A stretch of DNA of 63,870 nt, the filler included, from Octopus bimaculoides (lineage: Eukaryota), in the NCBI RefSeq assembly GCF_001194135.2. It is 4 parts of 4 records of this genome, joined end to end, with 100 filler letters (N's around TTAATTAATTAA, not from the genome) between each part and the next. Parts side by side here need not be neighbours in the genome. Positions count along the whole stretch, not along the records: positions 1 to 29,274 come from NC_068996.1; 3 more parts are not named here. One strand, written 5' to 3'. The notes beneath the pieces were generated by a model that saw only the letters and a program-made list of their open reading frames with translations, had not been told where the DNA came from and ran no database searches. Position 1 is the stretch's first letter; every line of letters starts with the position of its first letter. The translations under genes and the position numbers were made by a program. This document shows positions 12,771 through 27,300 of this stretch, one piece after another.

Positions 12771-15700
12771 AAAGATGGGTGAATGTAGCAANNNNNNNNN
12801 NNNNNNNNNNNNNNNNNNNNNNNNNNNNNNNNNNNNNNNNNNNNNNNNNNNNNNNNNNNNNNNNNNNNNNNNNNNNNNNNNNNNNNNNNNNNNNNNNNNN
12901 NNNNNNNNNNNNNNNNNNNNNNNNNNNNNNNNNNNNNNNNNNNNNNNNNNNNNNNNNNNNNNNNNNNNNNNNNNNNNNNNNNNNNNNNNNNNNNNNNNNN
13001 NNNNNNNNNNNNNNNNNNNNNNNNNNNNNNNNNNNNNNNNNNNNNNNNNNNNNNNNNNNNNNNNNNNNNNNNNNNNNNNNNNNNNNNNNNNNNNNNNNNN
13101 NNNNNNNNNNNNNNNNNNNNNNNNTTTTTTTTTTTTTTTTTTTTCCTTCCTTCCCCCTCCCAAAAAGAAAAGCTCTACATTGTATTTGTCCCATCTTCGT
13201 TGAGCCCTGTGTGGCTAATAAAAGAAATGTATCTAATATGATATAACTATATATAATTATGCATCTGTGTATACGAGTATGTGCGTTTGTAAATTCATAT
13301 ATTTCTAATTTTATATAAGTAACTGACAAAAAAGCCCCCGAAACAAAAACAAAAAATACAAAACAAATACAACAGAAACAAAACCCTCCACAAATTCTCA
13401 AAAGCGATAATTAGTGTAAATACTTCTCTCACTCTGCTTCTCTCCCCTTTCCACACGACTTCTTTATATTGTTCTCTCTTTTTTTCTGTCTACTCAGTTT
13501 TGCTTAGAGTGCTTTGTAGAAGGTACTACTGCAATAGTATCATTATAAGTTGTAGTAATAGTAGTAGTTGTTACTGTTGTTGCAATTACTGTTGTTGTTG
13601 ACGATGTTCGCTGCGTGAACTTGCTTCAGTTGTCATTGTGTTGTTAGTGAGACTAGGTCATTTAACGCACACAGGTGGACTAAACCAGCTTCTTACAGTT
13701 AGCAACATATATTATCGATTGATTATGGGTAGCATCAAAGCGATGTAAAGTATTCTAATTGATCATGAGATTCACCAGGTTCCCTTAAATTCATAGTTTT
13801 GACATTTGGTCTCGACCTTTGACACAGCCCAGAAACGAAGGCCAATACTTAATCAGGATGAATGATGCAGGGACCGGTGTATAAGGGAGGCTATTTCTAA
13901 AAGGCTGAGAGCATAATTTAGCAACGATGCAAACAGTTCAGCCGTGAATCGAAATCATGGAATGAACCATTCATACACACGCCCATTTCCCCATCTACAA
14001 CTCACTCCCCCCACCGCAACATTAGAATTAATGGTATTATGGTTTAGCCATTTCTTGTCTTGAATGGTGGCAAGAATGTGGATGTTGCGAAGACTTATGG
14101 GACGAAACTCAGAGTAGACTGTCGACTTTTGATATAAGAAATGCACACGCACACACACACGCGCATGCGCGCGCGCGCACACACACATATACACATGCAT
14201 ATACATGTATGTGTGTGTGCATACATACTTACACACATAGACACACACACGCACACGCACACACACACACACATACACACGTCTAATAGATCACACTCAA
14301 TGATTAGTGACGGACTGAATCATCAACTTCGAATATATTTATGCTTAGATGTGCAAATGAGAAAAAGGTTACTCAATACATGCAGTAGAGTATATTCATT
14401 TATGTAAATTTAATGATTCATATGTGGTGCGATTATTCAGGCTTTATCGAAACGAACGAAAGAAAAAGAAAAGATATCAGAATTTATACTGGAATTTGGC
14501 TCTCTCTTGATGGCAGAGGTCAGGTGCAAAACTTAGTGCGCTTACATATTTGTAGGGATTAAGGTTAGAAAAATATTAATTATTTTCCCTTGATAAAATA
14601 TGAAATGTCCTTCATGACCACTCTAATGGTCAAAAAAATGAAAATCGAGTAAGATGTCAGGTGCCAGCCGTTGGACTAATAAATAATACCACAGCAAGGT
14701 GAACGATATATATATATATATATATATANNNNNNNNNNNNNNNNNNNNNNNNNNNNNNNNNNNNNNNNNNNNNNNNNNNNNNNNNNNNNNNNNNNNNNNN
14801 NNNNNNNNNNNNNNNNNNNNNNNNNNNNNNNNNNNNNNNNNNNNNNNNNNNNNNNNNNNNNNNNNNNNNNNNNNNNNNNNNNNNNNNNNNNNNNNATATA
14901 TATATATATATATAAATGGTTTCTAGCGAGATTAGGGATCATTTTATCAAAACAAAAGCAAAGAAATTTTTTTATAAACAACCCGTGTCTGTTAACAACC
15001 AAATATCTAGACAAACACAACTCAGATGAGATACTCTCTTCTATAATATTATTCTGCTTGTTCCTGCGCTTTATATGTTTTGTCCGTGTGTTACGCCAAA
15101 GGAGGTAATAATTCGAACAGAGAAAGAAATATCCTTTCTGTTATAGACTTAAAGCCTGAAATTTGGGGGAAGAGAGCATGTCGATGTAATCGACGCCAGA
15201 GCTCATCTAATACTTATTTCATCAACCTCGAAAGGATGAAAGGTGAAATCGACTTCGAAGATACTTGAACTCAGAGCATAAAGACGGACGAAATGCTGCT
15301 AAACACTTTCCCCCAGCATGAAGAGATAGAGAAAGGTCAATATTATTCTGTATTTATGTGATCAAATCGCAAGCACAATGGAATAATGTGGCCATACTGG
15401 ATCACTGCCATTGTTCATTTTCGAAATTAGGTTTAAATGCTTATCGGTATAATGGCAGTAGACATACATACATCAGCAGAAGGGAAAGTAGACATGATAG
15501 TTAATTACTCAGATAGACAGTCAGATAGAACGCTAACCAGCTAGATAGGTGAATCTTCAGATATATCCATGCAGATAAAGAGATATATTAATGGATATGC
15601 AAATAGATAGATAACTGAATTGAAATTAAATGCTATACTTAAAAGTACAATTTTGATTAAATTATATGATTCATTTTGAATTTCCTTCTTTGTGTTTAAT

Positions 15701-16129
15701 ATATCAACATCGTGATTTTGAATATGATGACTTACACGGGTCCCGTGTGCACAATTATTAACAAGTTAATGTAAAGTATTTTTAAAGTTTCCTGCTTCTT
15801 TTCACAAATTTCAGTCACAACTTTGGTCCACTTGAAGCTATGGTAGAAGGCATTTGTCTCTAAAATCGTACATTGATATCGAACCAAGAATGTATGTATG
15901 TATATATGTATGTATGTATATGTATGTATGTTATCAATCAGTTTCATTTCTGTATTTCTTGTCCATAGAGAAAGAGCCGGACTCTAACATAGATTCAAGG
16001 CTCCTTCATTGGAACTTTTATCAACATCATCTAGGTATTTGTGCATATGTGTGTGTGTGCAGTATTTGGTGTTAGTGTATGCGCAGATTTGTATGTTTGT
16101 TTTATGGATGCGTTTTTATGTATGCATGT

Positions 16130-16150
<21 letters not shown>

Positions 16151-16161
<11 letters not shown>

Positions 16162-16558
16162 TTTTATATTATTAATTCATCAATAATATATTTAGGAAAT
16201 CAATATTTAGTATTTCAAAAGATATATATCCAACATAACATGGTAGCATAATAAATTTAAAAGTTTAAAACATAAAAATAAAAATACGGAATTTAAATAT
16301 CGATACATATTTATATTCCGTATTTTTATTTTTATGTTTTAAACTTTTAAATTTATTATGCTACCATGTTATGTTGGATATATATCTTTTGAAATACTAA
16401 ATATTGATTTCCTAAATATATTATTGATGAACTAATAATATAAAATCACATATATACACATTTATTTGCTCAAGATAATTGAGCACTCAACATAAGTTCA
16501 ATTATATATTCTTTTAGAATATTTCTTTTAGAATATTACTTACAAAAGTTATATATAT
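16151..16558. repeat. AT-rich foldback element containing a 306-bp palindrome
   Basis: 16151-16300 is the reverse complement of 16307-16456 with 2 mismatches; loop cgatac; 16461-16558 is the reverse complement of about 10905-10985. Confidence 0.9.
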
Positions 16559-17300
16559 TAGGTTGTTTCACATGAAATGTCGCATTTTTAATTACTTGTT
16601 ATTTCAGTCATTTAAAAACTCAATTATGCATACCTTGCATTTAATCTTGACTACTTTTCTTTCCCGAAATTCGTACCCACAGACCTTATGGAAATGATAA
16701 CAACCAAACTATGTTGAGTGATTTTCTCGTATGAGTACAATCTGGGTCACTCTGCCGCAGAAGCTCTACGAAATATCAAGCGGGCCTTTGGTAATGGTTT
16801 TGTTGGCATCAGAACTGTTCAGAGATGGTTCCTAAGCTCTCGTTCAGGTGATGATAGCCTTGAAAATAAACCAAGGGGCAGGCCAAAATCAGTTATTCGG
16901 CATGATAGATTAAATGCTTTGGTCGAACAAAATCCGAGAACAAAGGTTCGAAAACTTTCATCAGAACTCCAGACATCTCGCAGAACTATTTTTGGACACC
17001 TGTAAAAAATTGGAAGAGTCAAGAAAACAGATAGGTTTGTTCCACATCAATTGAACGAGATAAAAAAAAAAAACAGACGCTTCGAAGTGTGCTCCTGATT
17101 GCTTTCTCGACTGGAAAAAGATCATTTTTGCATCAAATCATTACTTGTGATGAGAAATGGATATTCTTTGACAACAGCAGGAGAATACGACAGTGATTAG
17201 ATGCAGGAGAGTCACCTAAACATTACCCAAACCTACCATTGCACTCTAAAAGCTTAGTGGTCACTCTATGGAAGTCTGCGAAGGGAGTTATTCATTACTC
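16558..17300 (+). mobile_element. Mariner transposon, 5' half, decayed
   Basis: TA then TTAGGTTG TIR-like start; YEYNLGHSAAEALRNIKRAFG, TVQRWF, GRPK, FVPHQLNE, IITCDEKWIFFDN (first catalytic D motif); stops present; truncated after GVIHYS. Confidence 0.9.
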
Positions 17301-17475
17301 ATATGTCCTTCAAGCTGTCTCGTTTTGTCTTAAGGACAACTAGGCTAGACAATTCTCAGATTCACCTAAAATGACTGAATGGTCATAGTTGGGATATTCT
17401 CAACTATAGTTTTGGTGTGTACCACAAAAGTTGACCTGTATCTAAACAAGTAATACATATGTACATATACACACA

Positions 17476-17588
<113 letters not shown>

Positions 17589-18229
17589 TTATGCTTTATA
17601 AATTAATGCTTGACCATTTAGCATCTTATCTACCCCTTCCACAATAATCATGTATGTTTCAAAGTTTGGTTCTTTCTATATCGCCACACACTTTAACCAT
17701 CTCCATATTCCAAAAGCTGCATAGGACATACTATATTATTCTCTATTTACACCTTTAAAGCCAGATAACCACTCACACCACACCTAGACACAAAACATCA
17801 CTCCATTTAAATATTAACTCACTAACATAACATCTCTATTACCCCCTCGTTCCTAGTCAACATATTTCTAATTAACTACTGTTATTATAATCATCGTTTA
17901 TTCTTGTGTTCTGAGAAAATTATACTTCTGAGATATAGAGACAAAAAATTCCGAAGATATATCAGAATCTTAAACGTTTGAGAAATGAAACTGGCTGCTA
18001 CTGGAATATACAGAAAACCTTCCAATTCCTGAAAGAAACCTTACTCTACACACAACAGTGAATTATTTTTCTTCTTAGCAGTATGCGTACACAATACTCG
18101 AACCACACACACACATACACGCGCGCGAAAAAATACACACGTGCGCGCACACAGTATCCGTCTGAAAAGAAACGAAAGTTTTAAAATAGCCTGACAATTA
18201 GCGTTGGCAGTTCGCTCGCTACTACAGTA

Positions 18230-19358
18230 TGATATATGGTTGACCTTGACTTTCAGTCTAATAATAACTACATCAAGCCAAGTCAGTTATTAATATACAC
18301 GTGCTGATTAGTGCGTTTGGTTATTTCTTGTAGATTGAACAATATAAGACTTGGAAGAACAACGTCGCTTGTAGGAAATTTTGTTGCAAATCGATAGTAA
18401 CTTTTATGGAAACTTCTTTTATTTCAAACCTGCGAGGAGAAATGTTTGGGCCACTTGAAATATAGTGAGTGATATCATCGTTTGAAATCGAGGAGGTCAT
18501 CTTATGAAGACAATCTTAAATGTGGTCTGGACATCGTCCACAAAGTTTATGAAGCAGTAAAACATCTGTAAGAATCCGTACCCCAGGATTTTAAAGAAGA
18601 AAATGAAGATGCGTCGTGTTGTCGCATAATTTGCTCTTCCTCTGCTGATAGATGAACCAGAAGAGCATCAACTCAATCATGAGTTTTGTGATAGTCCGAT
18701 TGCTGATGTAGGTCTTATGGAAACTTTCAAAACTGGTGATGGAATGAGGGTATACTGCTATGATATCGAAACAAAAAGACAGCTGAATCATCGTCGTCAC
18801 ATCCACCCCTCACCCCTAAAAAACGTACTCAAATCTCTAGATTATGTTGAATAGTGTTTAATTAGAAGACTCGTTCGTCATGAGATTTATACTTTTGATG
18901 ATGTGATGAAGAAAGAGTTATAATTGGTTATTTTGAAGAACATTTGAAAGGTATGCGAAAGAAGCGGCTTGAAACATGGATAAACAAAAAGAAAAAAACC
19001 CTCAAAAAACCCCAAAAAACAAACAAAAAACGAACAAGCATGATAACGAATTTGTCCATTCTACGACTTTTACCTCCACCCACTGTCCTATTCTTCAGAT
19101 CGGGCGTCTGCAGACTATTTTCTCCTCAAAGTTGAAATCTACCCAGGAAATTGTTGATTTCAAACAACAGAATGGTTCAAACAAAATTCGCTACAATAAC
19201 AATGCATTATTCTCGAAAACACGCCCCAGGACATGGTAAGAGACTGAAACAAACGTTGGAAGAGATGTATCAACGTACACCGGAACTATTTTGAAGTGAA
19301 ACAAAGCAATAAGTTTGATAAAAGAAAAACTCGGCTACTTTTTGGAAACTTCTCGTGT
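18230..19358 (+). mobile_element. Second, heavily decayed mariner
   Basis: MKMRRVV, TGD, VYCYDIETKRQ, degenerate YSPDLAP (PYSSDRASADYFL), KRW.RCI..NYFE, right end ctttttggaaacttctcgtgta. Left boundary approximate. Confidence 0.75.
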
Positions 19359-19468
<110 letters not shown>

Positions 19469-19572
19469 TACAAACACACTCTCTCCCACAGACATGTATA
19501 TACACGTATATATGATAAATATATACACATACATATATATGAGTGTACATATATACATGTATGTGTGACTGT

Positions 19573-19645
19573 ATATATGTGAGTTTATATATGTGAGTTT
19601 ATATATGTGAGTTTATATATGTGAGTTTATATATGTGAGTTTGCA
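19573..19645. repeat. 14-bp tandem repeat (atatgtgagtttat), about 5 copies
   Basis: Read directly. Confidence 0.9.
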
Positions 19646-21147
19646 TATGTATATATATGTGAGTATCTGTATCTGTAATGCGCAAAAACCCTGCAAAAAA
19701 GGCACTAATAGACAAATTGGTATTAAAATAGAACTTTACCACTGTACCTCTTGGCCATATTTTCGGTGTCGTTATAACCTAACAAGTTGATCTTAAGTAA
19801 AATGCTCAATGCAGTTGAGTGATATTTGAACAGAACATCTACTAAACATACGAGCTACACTGTTTGTAAGTATCTTTGGATGGGCACGATTTGAGTAGAT
19901 ATGTCTTTTAGAATGTCCCTTCAGAGATATGTTAAAATTATTTGACAAGAAATGTTTTTAATCTGCACGAACGATATATTTAATTGCGAGTGAGCAATGA
20001 TGTATGTTAAAACAAAAATACTATGCATTTGAACAAACTGGTGTACATAAGTACAGAACGATGTACGTATGATACTTGCTTCTGAATTAACTTGTAAATG
20101 GATGAGCATTCAACAAACACGCTTAATTCTCAAGTTGCATCAATACGACTCAGTGTGTGACAAGGTTGTGTATCAGAACACAGTGGTGTGTGCCAGTAGA
20201 CAATAATAGATTTAAGAAATAAATGACGTTTGTGTAAGAACTAAATGATGCTTGTGTGTGTCTGTGTGTGTTTGTGTGGGTTTGTGCTTGTGTGTGTGTG
20301 CGCGCGCGCGTTTGTATGAGTTTGTGCGTTTGTTCGTTTGTTTGTGTGAGTGTTTGTGTGTGTGTGTGTGTGTGCGTGTGTGTGTTTGTGTTTGTGTGTT
20401 TGCTTGTATATGTGATTGCGTGTGTGTGTGTTTGTGTATGTTTCTGCTTGTGTGTGCGTGCGTGTGCGTGTGTGTTTGTATGAGTTTGTGCGTTTGTTCG
20501 TTTGTTTGTGAGAGTGTTTGTGTGTGTGTGTGTTTGTGTGTTTGGTTCTGTTTGTGTTTGTGTGTGTGTGTTTATGTGTGTGTGTGTTCGAGGATCTGCG
20601 TGAGTCAATGGAAAACGGTTTGTGATAGTAGACAATGAAGTCTACATTGGATGTGTTGCAGTTTATGACGACGTGTGCCAGAACATATTAATATGTGACT
20701 CAATACATGAATTTTCCAGTAAGTGTAGAAATGAGAGAAAAAATCTATCTGAATTTATTAAACTAAGTGCAATCACACACACATACATCGATGCACATGC
20801 TTGAATGCGGAGTGTGTCTCTGTTGCTGGACGATGAGGATTCACTTGTTTGAACAACCAAAATATTTGCTCCTAAATTTACTAAGCCGCTGAGCATTTCA
20901 CAGGTAATTCTATTTTAAATGGTAAAATCATCGTAACACAGTGTATGTGACAAGGCCGTACGTTTTAAATTACAACCCACCCAACAACCTTGTATATAGT
21001 TTTCGCTACCCACTTTTATTCATAAGGTCGAGCCAAGGGTATAGAAATTCGTATTTTCCCAAGATGCAACGCAGTGGAATCGAACTCAGGATCGCTAGGT
21101 TGCTAAGCGATTTTATCAAGCATTCGTCCACACTGCTTGTACTTGTG

Positions 21148-21181
<34 letters not shown>

Positions 21182-21607
21182 ACGCGTGTATATTTGTGAA
21201 CACATTTTTTGTACACTCCTCCATGTAGAGACACCATTTAATATATGAAAGTACAAATAAACACATTCATCTATGATTTATGCTTATAGAATACACACAT
21301 TTATGTATGCATGTGTGTGTCAAATAATGTTTGCAGGGCGCGCGCGCACACATACACACACGTATATACATATGGATTTCTTATAATTATTAAATATACA
21401 AATTTTGTATTATACACGCATAAGTGCATCCACCATATATGTAAGCACAACTACAATCACACACACAGAAACACACACGCACACACACACTCACTTGCAC
21501 GCACATACACACTCACTTGCATACACACACTCACTTGCACACACACACACTCACTTACAGACACACACATATGAGTATATATGTATACTACTACTACTAC
21601 TACTAAA

Positions 21608-21656
<49 letters not shown>

Positions 21657-22322
21657 GAAATGTGTCGTGTGCTGCTTTTGTGTGGTTATGCATGCGAGTG
21701 TCTTAGTTTATGCTCGTGCATGTGTGTATGTTTTAGTATATGTATGCACATGTGAGCGTGTGTGTGTATGTGCGCGCGCGCGCGTAACTGTGTGCATTAG
21801 TCCCAAATGGACGACGACGCCTGCATGAACCTCCCACTTCGTTCCTGACGAGAAAACTAAGGAAGAAGGAAGCAAAAAGAGAATGACTGAAAAAAAAAGA
21901 AAGAAAAAGAAAGCGTCTACCCCTGAACAGACACGCTTTTTCCCGGCTCACAGGTCACGTGGCAAACCCAGTAATCATGTTTAACGCACGAGACTCTCGT
22001 TCAAGCGAGATGCCATTTTTTTTGTTTATGTTCTACGTTTATTCTAAAAGACATTCGTCTGATGAAAGTTTATGGCCGATGAATTCACATCAAATCGAAA
22101 CCAAATTGCGTTTTAAGATCGCTTGATGTCACAAAAGAAGTCTGTGCTTGTGCTATCCGTTTTTACGGTCAGACAGATCGCTTTTATTTGCGTTCAGCCA
22201 GTATGACTTCAGAGTTAACCAATCTGCCAACTTTTGAGAAATCTGCGCCTGAGTTTCTTCTTACTCACATTGAACATCGATGGAAACATAAACAAATGAT
22301 GATGATGATGATGATGATGATG

Positions 22323-22371
<49 letters not shown>

Positions 22372-22624
22372 TGATGATGATGATGATGATGGTGACGACG
22401 ATGACGATGATGATGATGATGTTTATGATAATAATAAGAAAAACGTACAAGTAAATAAATATATAGATAGATATCAGTAAATTAAGAAATAAATATATAA
22501 ATAATATTTCTCGGCAGTGCAGTCAATGGAACACTTTCAACTATAAATTCTTAGATAATGATGACTCCATTAATTTTACTATTTTCATCATTACAAATCA
22601 CTTTCTATATACTTAGTTTGACAA

Positions 22625-22660
<36 letters not shown>

Positions 22661-22806
22661 CTTGCGCGCATGTATATATATATATATATATATATATATG
22701 CATACATAATTGTGTGTGCATATGTTATACATATACATACTTATATATGCGTATATCTATATCTCTGTATATATATCTACTGCCTAACAACACATATCTG
22801 TGTCTA

Positions 22807-22864
<58 letters not shown>

Positions 22865-23149
22865 AATCTTCGGTAGTCATTTTTTATCTGACGATACAAT
22901 GCTGATACTGAAGCCAAAATTGTTACAGGCCTCAAGAAATCTACAATCATATGTGCACATCAGTTCACAGACGCTCAGGTGCTTAACTTTGGGTTTTGCT
23001 GCACCATCGTACCTATTGTTAATTTCAGATGGTGTTATTCTGATACACTTTTTCAGAAAACATGAAAAAAAAAAAAAAAAGGCTGACGCTAAGAGATACA
23101 TTGTTTAACACAATTTAAGACAGGAAATGATATAGATGTATCTCTATTG

Positions 23150-23520
23150 CTTCCAGCACTCTCCAGCATGTCATTATGAAATTGGATCATCGTATGCTCG
23201 AACATGAATGGACAACCATATTTGGTAAGGATTCTCAACAAACCACCAAGATACACTGTATCATGATCTTTCGTGAGAACAAGTAAGCGTTAGATGCCGG
23301 ACCTGATTCTGCTTTATACATTTAATTACATCTGTCTTGCTGCAAAGATCACATCAGTAGTGGCCCTTTCACAACGAAAGCTACATTGGTTGTTAACGAG
23401 GTTTTCGAGGCAGCTCAGGAGTATTCTTGCCAACATTTTGCCAGCAGTTAACAAGAGGGAAATAATTCTATGACTGTCACACGATTGTTTGTCTCTAGTT
23501 CTTATACAAGTAAGCAATTG
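23150..23520 (-). mobile_element. RTE/BovB-like RT fragment
   Basis: HRIISLLLTAGKMLARILL, QCSFRCERATTDVIFAARQM, LRILTKYGCP..QFHNDM. Confidence 0.8.
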
Positions 23521-24749
23521 TAGTATTTCTCATGAAATAGTGTTGCCACGCAAAGAAAACTGCTGTTAACTTTTCATTGACTGTTTCACTGCTAAAGATA
23601 TATATTTCAACAAGAATTGAACCAGCACCTGGTGCTTTATTAAGGTACAATGATCTTACAGCTTTTTAGGTTTCAAGAAAAGTGGGAAATTTATTAAGAG
23701 CTGTGTTGATAAAAATTTGCACCAGATTGTCAGTAGGTTCCCCATTCATCTTGGATGATCATTTTAAAGACGATTCACCCATATATCATGTAATCTATCA
23801 TGACTTGAATTATCTTCTCCTACAAGTTGAGATAATCAGGAGGTGCTAATAATGCTGCTTCTTACTCGAATATCAGAATTGTCAGTTTTCTTTCATACTT
23901 TTTGAGTATTATATTATGGTTGAGAAGATATGGAATATTATATGTCAACATTTGTTGTTGAAAGACATGGCGTCGAGTTGGTAGAATTGTTATTGCACCA
24001 GACAAATTCTGCCGAGGTCGACTTTACCTTTCAATCTTTAGGGGTCGATAAAATAAATATCAGTTGAATACTGAGGTTGATGTAATTGACTTATGCTGGC
24101 CTTGGGCCAAATTTTGAAATCAATATTTATTGTTGAAAGAGATATTTTTCATGGATTCTTTTTTAAGGATAACAGTCTCATGCAGTATGGCAAAGCTTAA
24201 ATGAAGTGCAATATGATGAAAGGTAGGGAAAAATTAATGAGTTGACATTATGAAAGAATATTGTTATATGACCTAATGAGTTTACGGTAGGAATTAGCGG
24301 TATAAATGATGAAGACTATAGAAGTAGAGCGCAAGATAGAATGAGTGTAACTGTTTCAGGTATGTAGGTGAGTATTGATTAGTTCAATCAGTAGGTAGTA
24401 TAATTTTTCAGTGTTTCGTAGATATTTGGCAACGTGGTGACATTCGGTAAAGAATTTATAGCCTGTAGGTTTAAGAATCTTGAGAACGACGTTTTTCTTA
24501 GCTATTCAAATCCGGAAAATTTTGCTGCAAATGTCTGTGTGTTTTGCTTCTCTCTCGAGTCTTTCACTTAATACTGTAGAGGATAATATGTTCCTTTAAG
24601 TACCAGATGTATTTAAATAGTTTTATTGCAACTATCTTTTCTATATGTCTAATAGAAGATGCATTATAGAAGAGCTGTTATTTAAATTTACGCTACACCA
24701 CAAGTGTATTGTGCGTGCGAAGTGTTTTTTTATTTGGTGCATCTGAAGT

Positions 24750-24882
24750 AAAAGTCTGTGCCCACGGATTTTGTATACTACTCTTAGACCGATGCTTTAA
24801 TAGTTCTTGAATCGCTGGAAATAGCACAAGTCCAGTTAGCTCCAAGGAACAGAAGACATAATATAGTAACATTGGAAAAAGT

Positions 24883-24950
<68 letters not shown>

Positions 24951-25400
24951 TAAGAGACAAGTCGCTTGTGTCTTAGACACAAGAACGTGTCTGTGCTATT
25001 CAGTCTTGTGGCCTTTTGCTTGAAGCGGTTTAGAATGTGTGTGCAGCAGTAGAAATACCATTCCGTATGAGAGCAATGCTTCGTTGTGGTTCTCACCATA
25101 AGTTTTCAGACTATCAATAACTGTGTGAGCTGAAGTATCATCTGGTCCTGAAGAAACAGACGTCGAGATCTTAGCTATGTTAAAGATGTGGTTACACTAG
25201 GAGAGATCTTCGGCGATACTAAGACTTAAAGGGATTTAGTTGAGTATTGATGATGATTAACTGGGATATCGAGCGGGGATGTTTTCTTGATATGAGTAGC
25301 TTTTGTGTTTTATTTCTGTTGAAAGAAACAAGATTGGCTTACTTCCATTAGAAAATGTATTCGAGATCTTTGATCATAGACTTAGACCAGACTGTGTGTT
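24750..25400 (-). mobile_element. CR1/L2/Jockey-group LINE 3' remnant
   Basis: NLVSFNRNKTQKL, MVRTTTKHCSHTEW, HILNRFKQKATRL, LRHKRLVS..SLFYFF resemble post-RT motifs (RPTMEYCSHVW, LDRVQRKAIRL, HRRKVASLSLFYRY). Confidence 0.65.
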
Positions 25401-26080
25401 GGTTGCGAGTTGATAAAGCATGCTTGGAGAATATCACACGCTGCAATAGTACAATCTGGTAGGATCTCTCTCTCTCTCTCTCCCCCCCCTCTCTCTCCCN
25501 NNNNNNNNNNNNNNNNNNNNNNNNNNNNNNNNNNNNNNNNNNNNNNNNNNNNNNNNNNNNNNNNNNNNNNNNNNNNNNNNNNNNNNNNNNNNNNNNNNNN
25601 NNNNNNNNNNNNNNNNNNNNNNNNNNNNNNNNNNNNNNNNNNNNNNNNNNNNNNNNNNNNNNNNNNNNNNNNNNNNNNNNNNNNNNNNNNNNNNNNNNNN
25701 NNNNNNNNNNNNNNNNNNNNNNNNNNNNNNNNNNNNNNNNNNNNNNNNNNNNNNNNNNNNNNNNNNNNNNNNNNNNNNNNNNNNNNNNNNNNNNNNNNNN
25801 NNNNNNNNNNNNNNNNNNNNNNNNNNNNNNNNNNNNNNNNNNNNNNNNNNNNNNNNNNNNNNNNNNNNNNNNNNNNNNNNNNNNNNNNNNNNNNNNNNNN
25901 NNNNNNNNNNNNNNNNNNNNNNNNNNNNNNNNNNNNNNNNNNNNNNNNNNNNNNNNNNNNNNNNNNNNNNNNNNNNNNNNNNNNNNNNNNNNNNNNNNNN
26001 NNNNNNNNNNNNNNNNNNNNNNNNNNNNNNNNNNNNNNNNNNNNNNNNNNNNNNNNNNNNNNNNNNNNNNNNNNNNNNNN

Positions 26081-26115
<35 letters not shown>

Positions 26116-27094
26116 TTATTTTATTTATGTGTTTCAGCCAAGTGGCTGCGGTCATGCTGATATATATATAGGTGTGTGTGTGGCTGTGTGGTAAGAAGTT
26201 TATTTCCCACCACATGGTTCCGGGTATATATACCTGGGCAAGTGTCTTCTACTACAGGTCGGGCTGACCAAAATCTTGTGAGTAGATTTGGTAGAAGCCA
26301 AAAGAAACTTGTAGTATATATGTATATATTTATATACACACATTCTTTTACTCTTTCAAGTGTTTCAGCTTTAAAGCTGCAGTCATAATGAGGCGCGCGC
26401 GCGTGTGACGTTGACTTTTGTATTTCTAAATGTTAATATAGACAAGCATGATAGTTGGCATAACACTCTTTTGTTTTCCATATGTAGATAGATAAATCAG
26501 TGTAATTCTCTTTTCACTACCACATATAACTAGATAAAGTTGTGCCATTCCCTTTATGTATTTGCCAATTGATTTATAATTTAATTGCATTTCAAATACA
26601 TAAGATAGAGGATGGACACAGCTGTATCCAGTTACATATTGCAATTAAAAGAGAAGTACGCCTACTTTAAGTTATCATAGTCGATGTTAGCATTTAGTGA
26701 TAATTGTGTCAGACGTTTTAAAACATCAGGTATTTTAAATAATAAAAATAATACAAAAAGAAAGAATTTGATAATGCCGATATGAAAATATATTATACCT
26801 TGCCAACATCAATAGAGATTGACACTCAGGATGAAAATCGCCATCATGCCGTAAGTTACAACTTCCTCTGTATGTAATCAGTCGAATATTCCAAACACGC
26901 TGGCCAAACAATGCTTATCAACCAATGAAATAATTGTTTTTGCCAGCCAGTTCCGTCTGAAGATTGAGTTCGAGCCTGAAACGTAAAGTAAAGGAATATA
27001 AAACAATTGGGATTGAGACAGTTAACATACATGTACAGACGTACAGATAACCGTACATGCATACCAACTTCCGTACATATATGTACGTACATAC

Positions 27095-27300
27095 ATCCCT
27101 CTCTCTGAACCCCCCTCTCTCTGAACCCCCCTCTCTCTGNNNNNNNNNNNNNNNNNNNNNNNNNNNNNNNNNNNNNNNNNNNNNNNNNNNNNNNNNNNNN
27201 NNNNNNNNNNNNNNNNNNNNNNNNNNNTCTCTGAACCCCCCTCTCTCTGAACCCCCCTCTCTCTGAACTCCCCCTCTCTCTGAACCCCCCCTCTCTCTCT
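27095..27300. repeat. About 16-bp minisatellite (ctctctgaaccccc) spanning a gap
   Basis: At least 5 visible units. Confidence 0.9.

Noticed and set aside
26955-27000. CTGAAGA..GAAACGT hammerhead-like motif
   Set aside because: Stem II and stem I do not pair convincingly.
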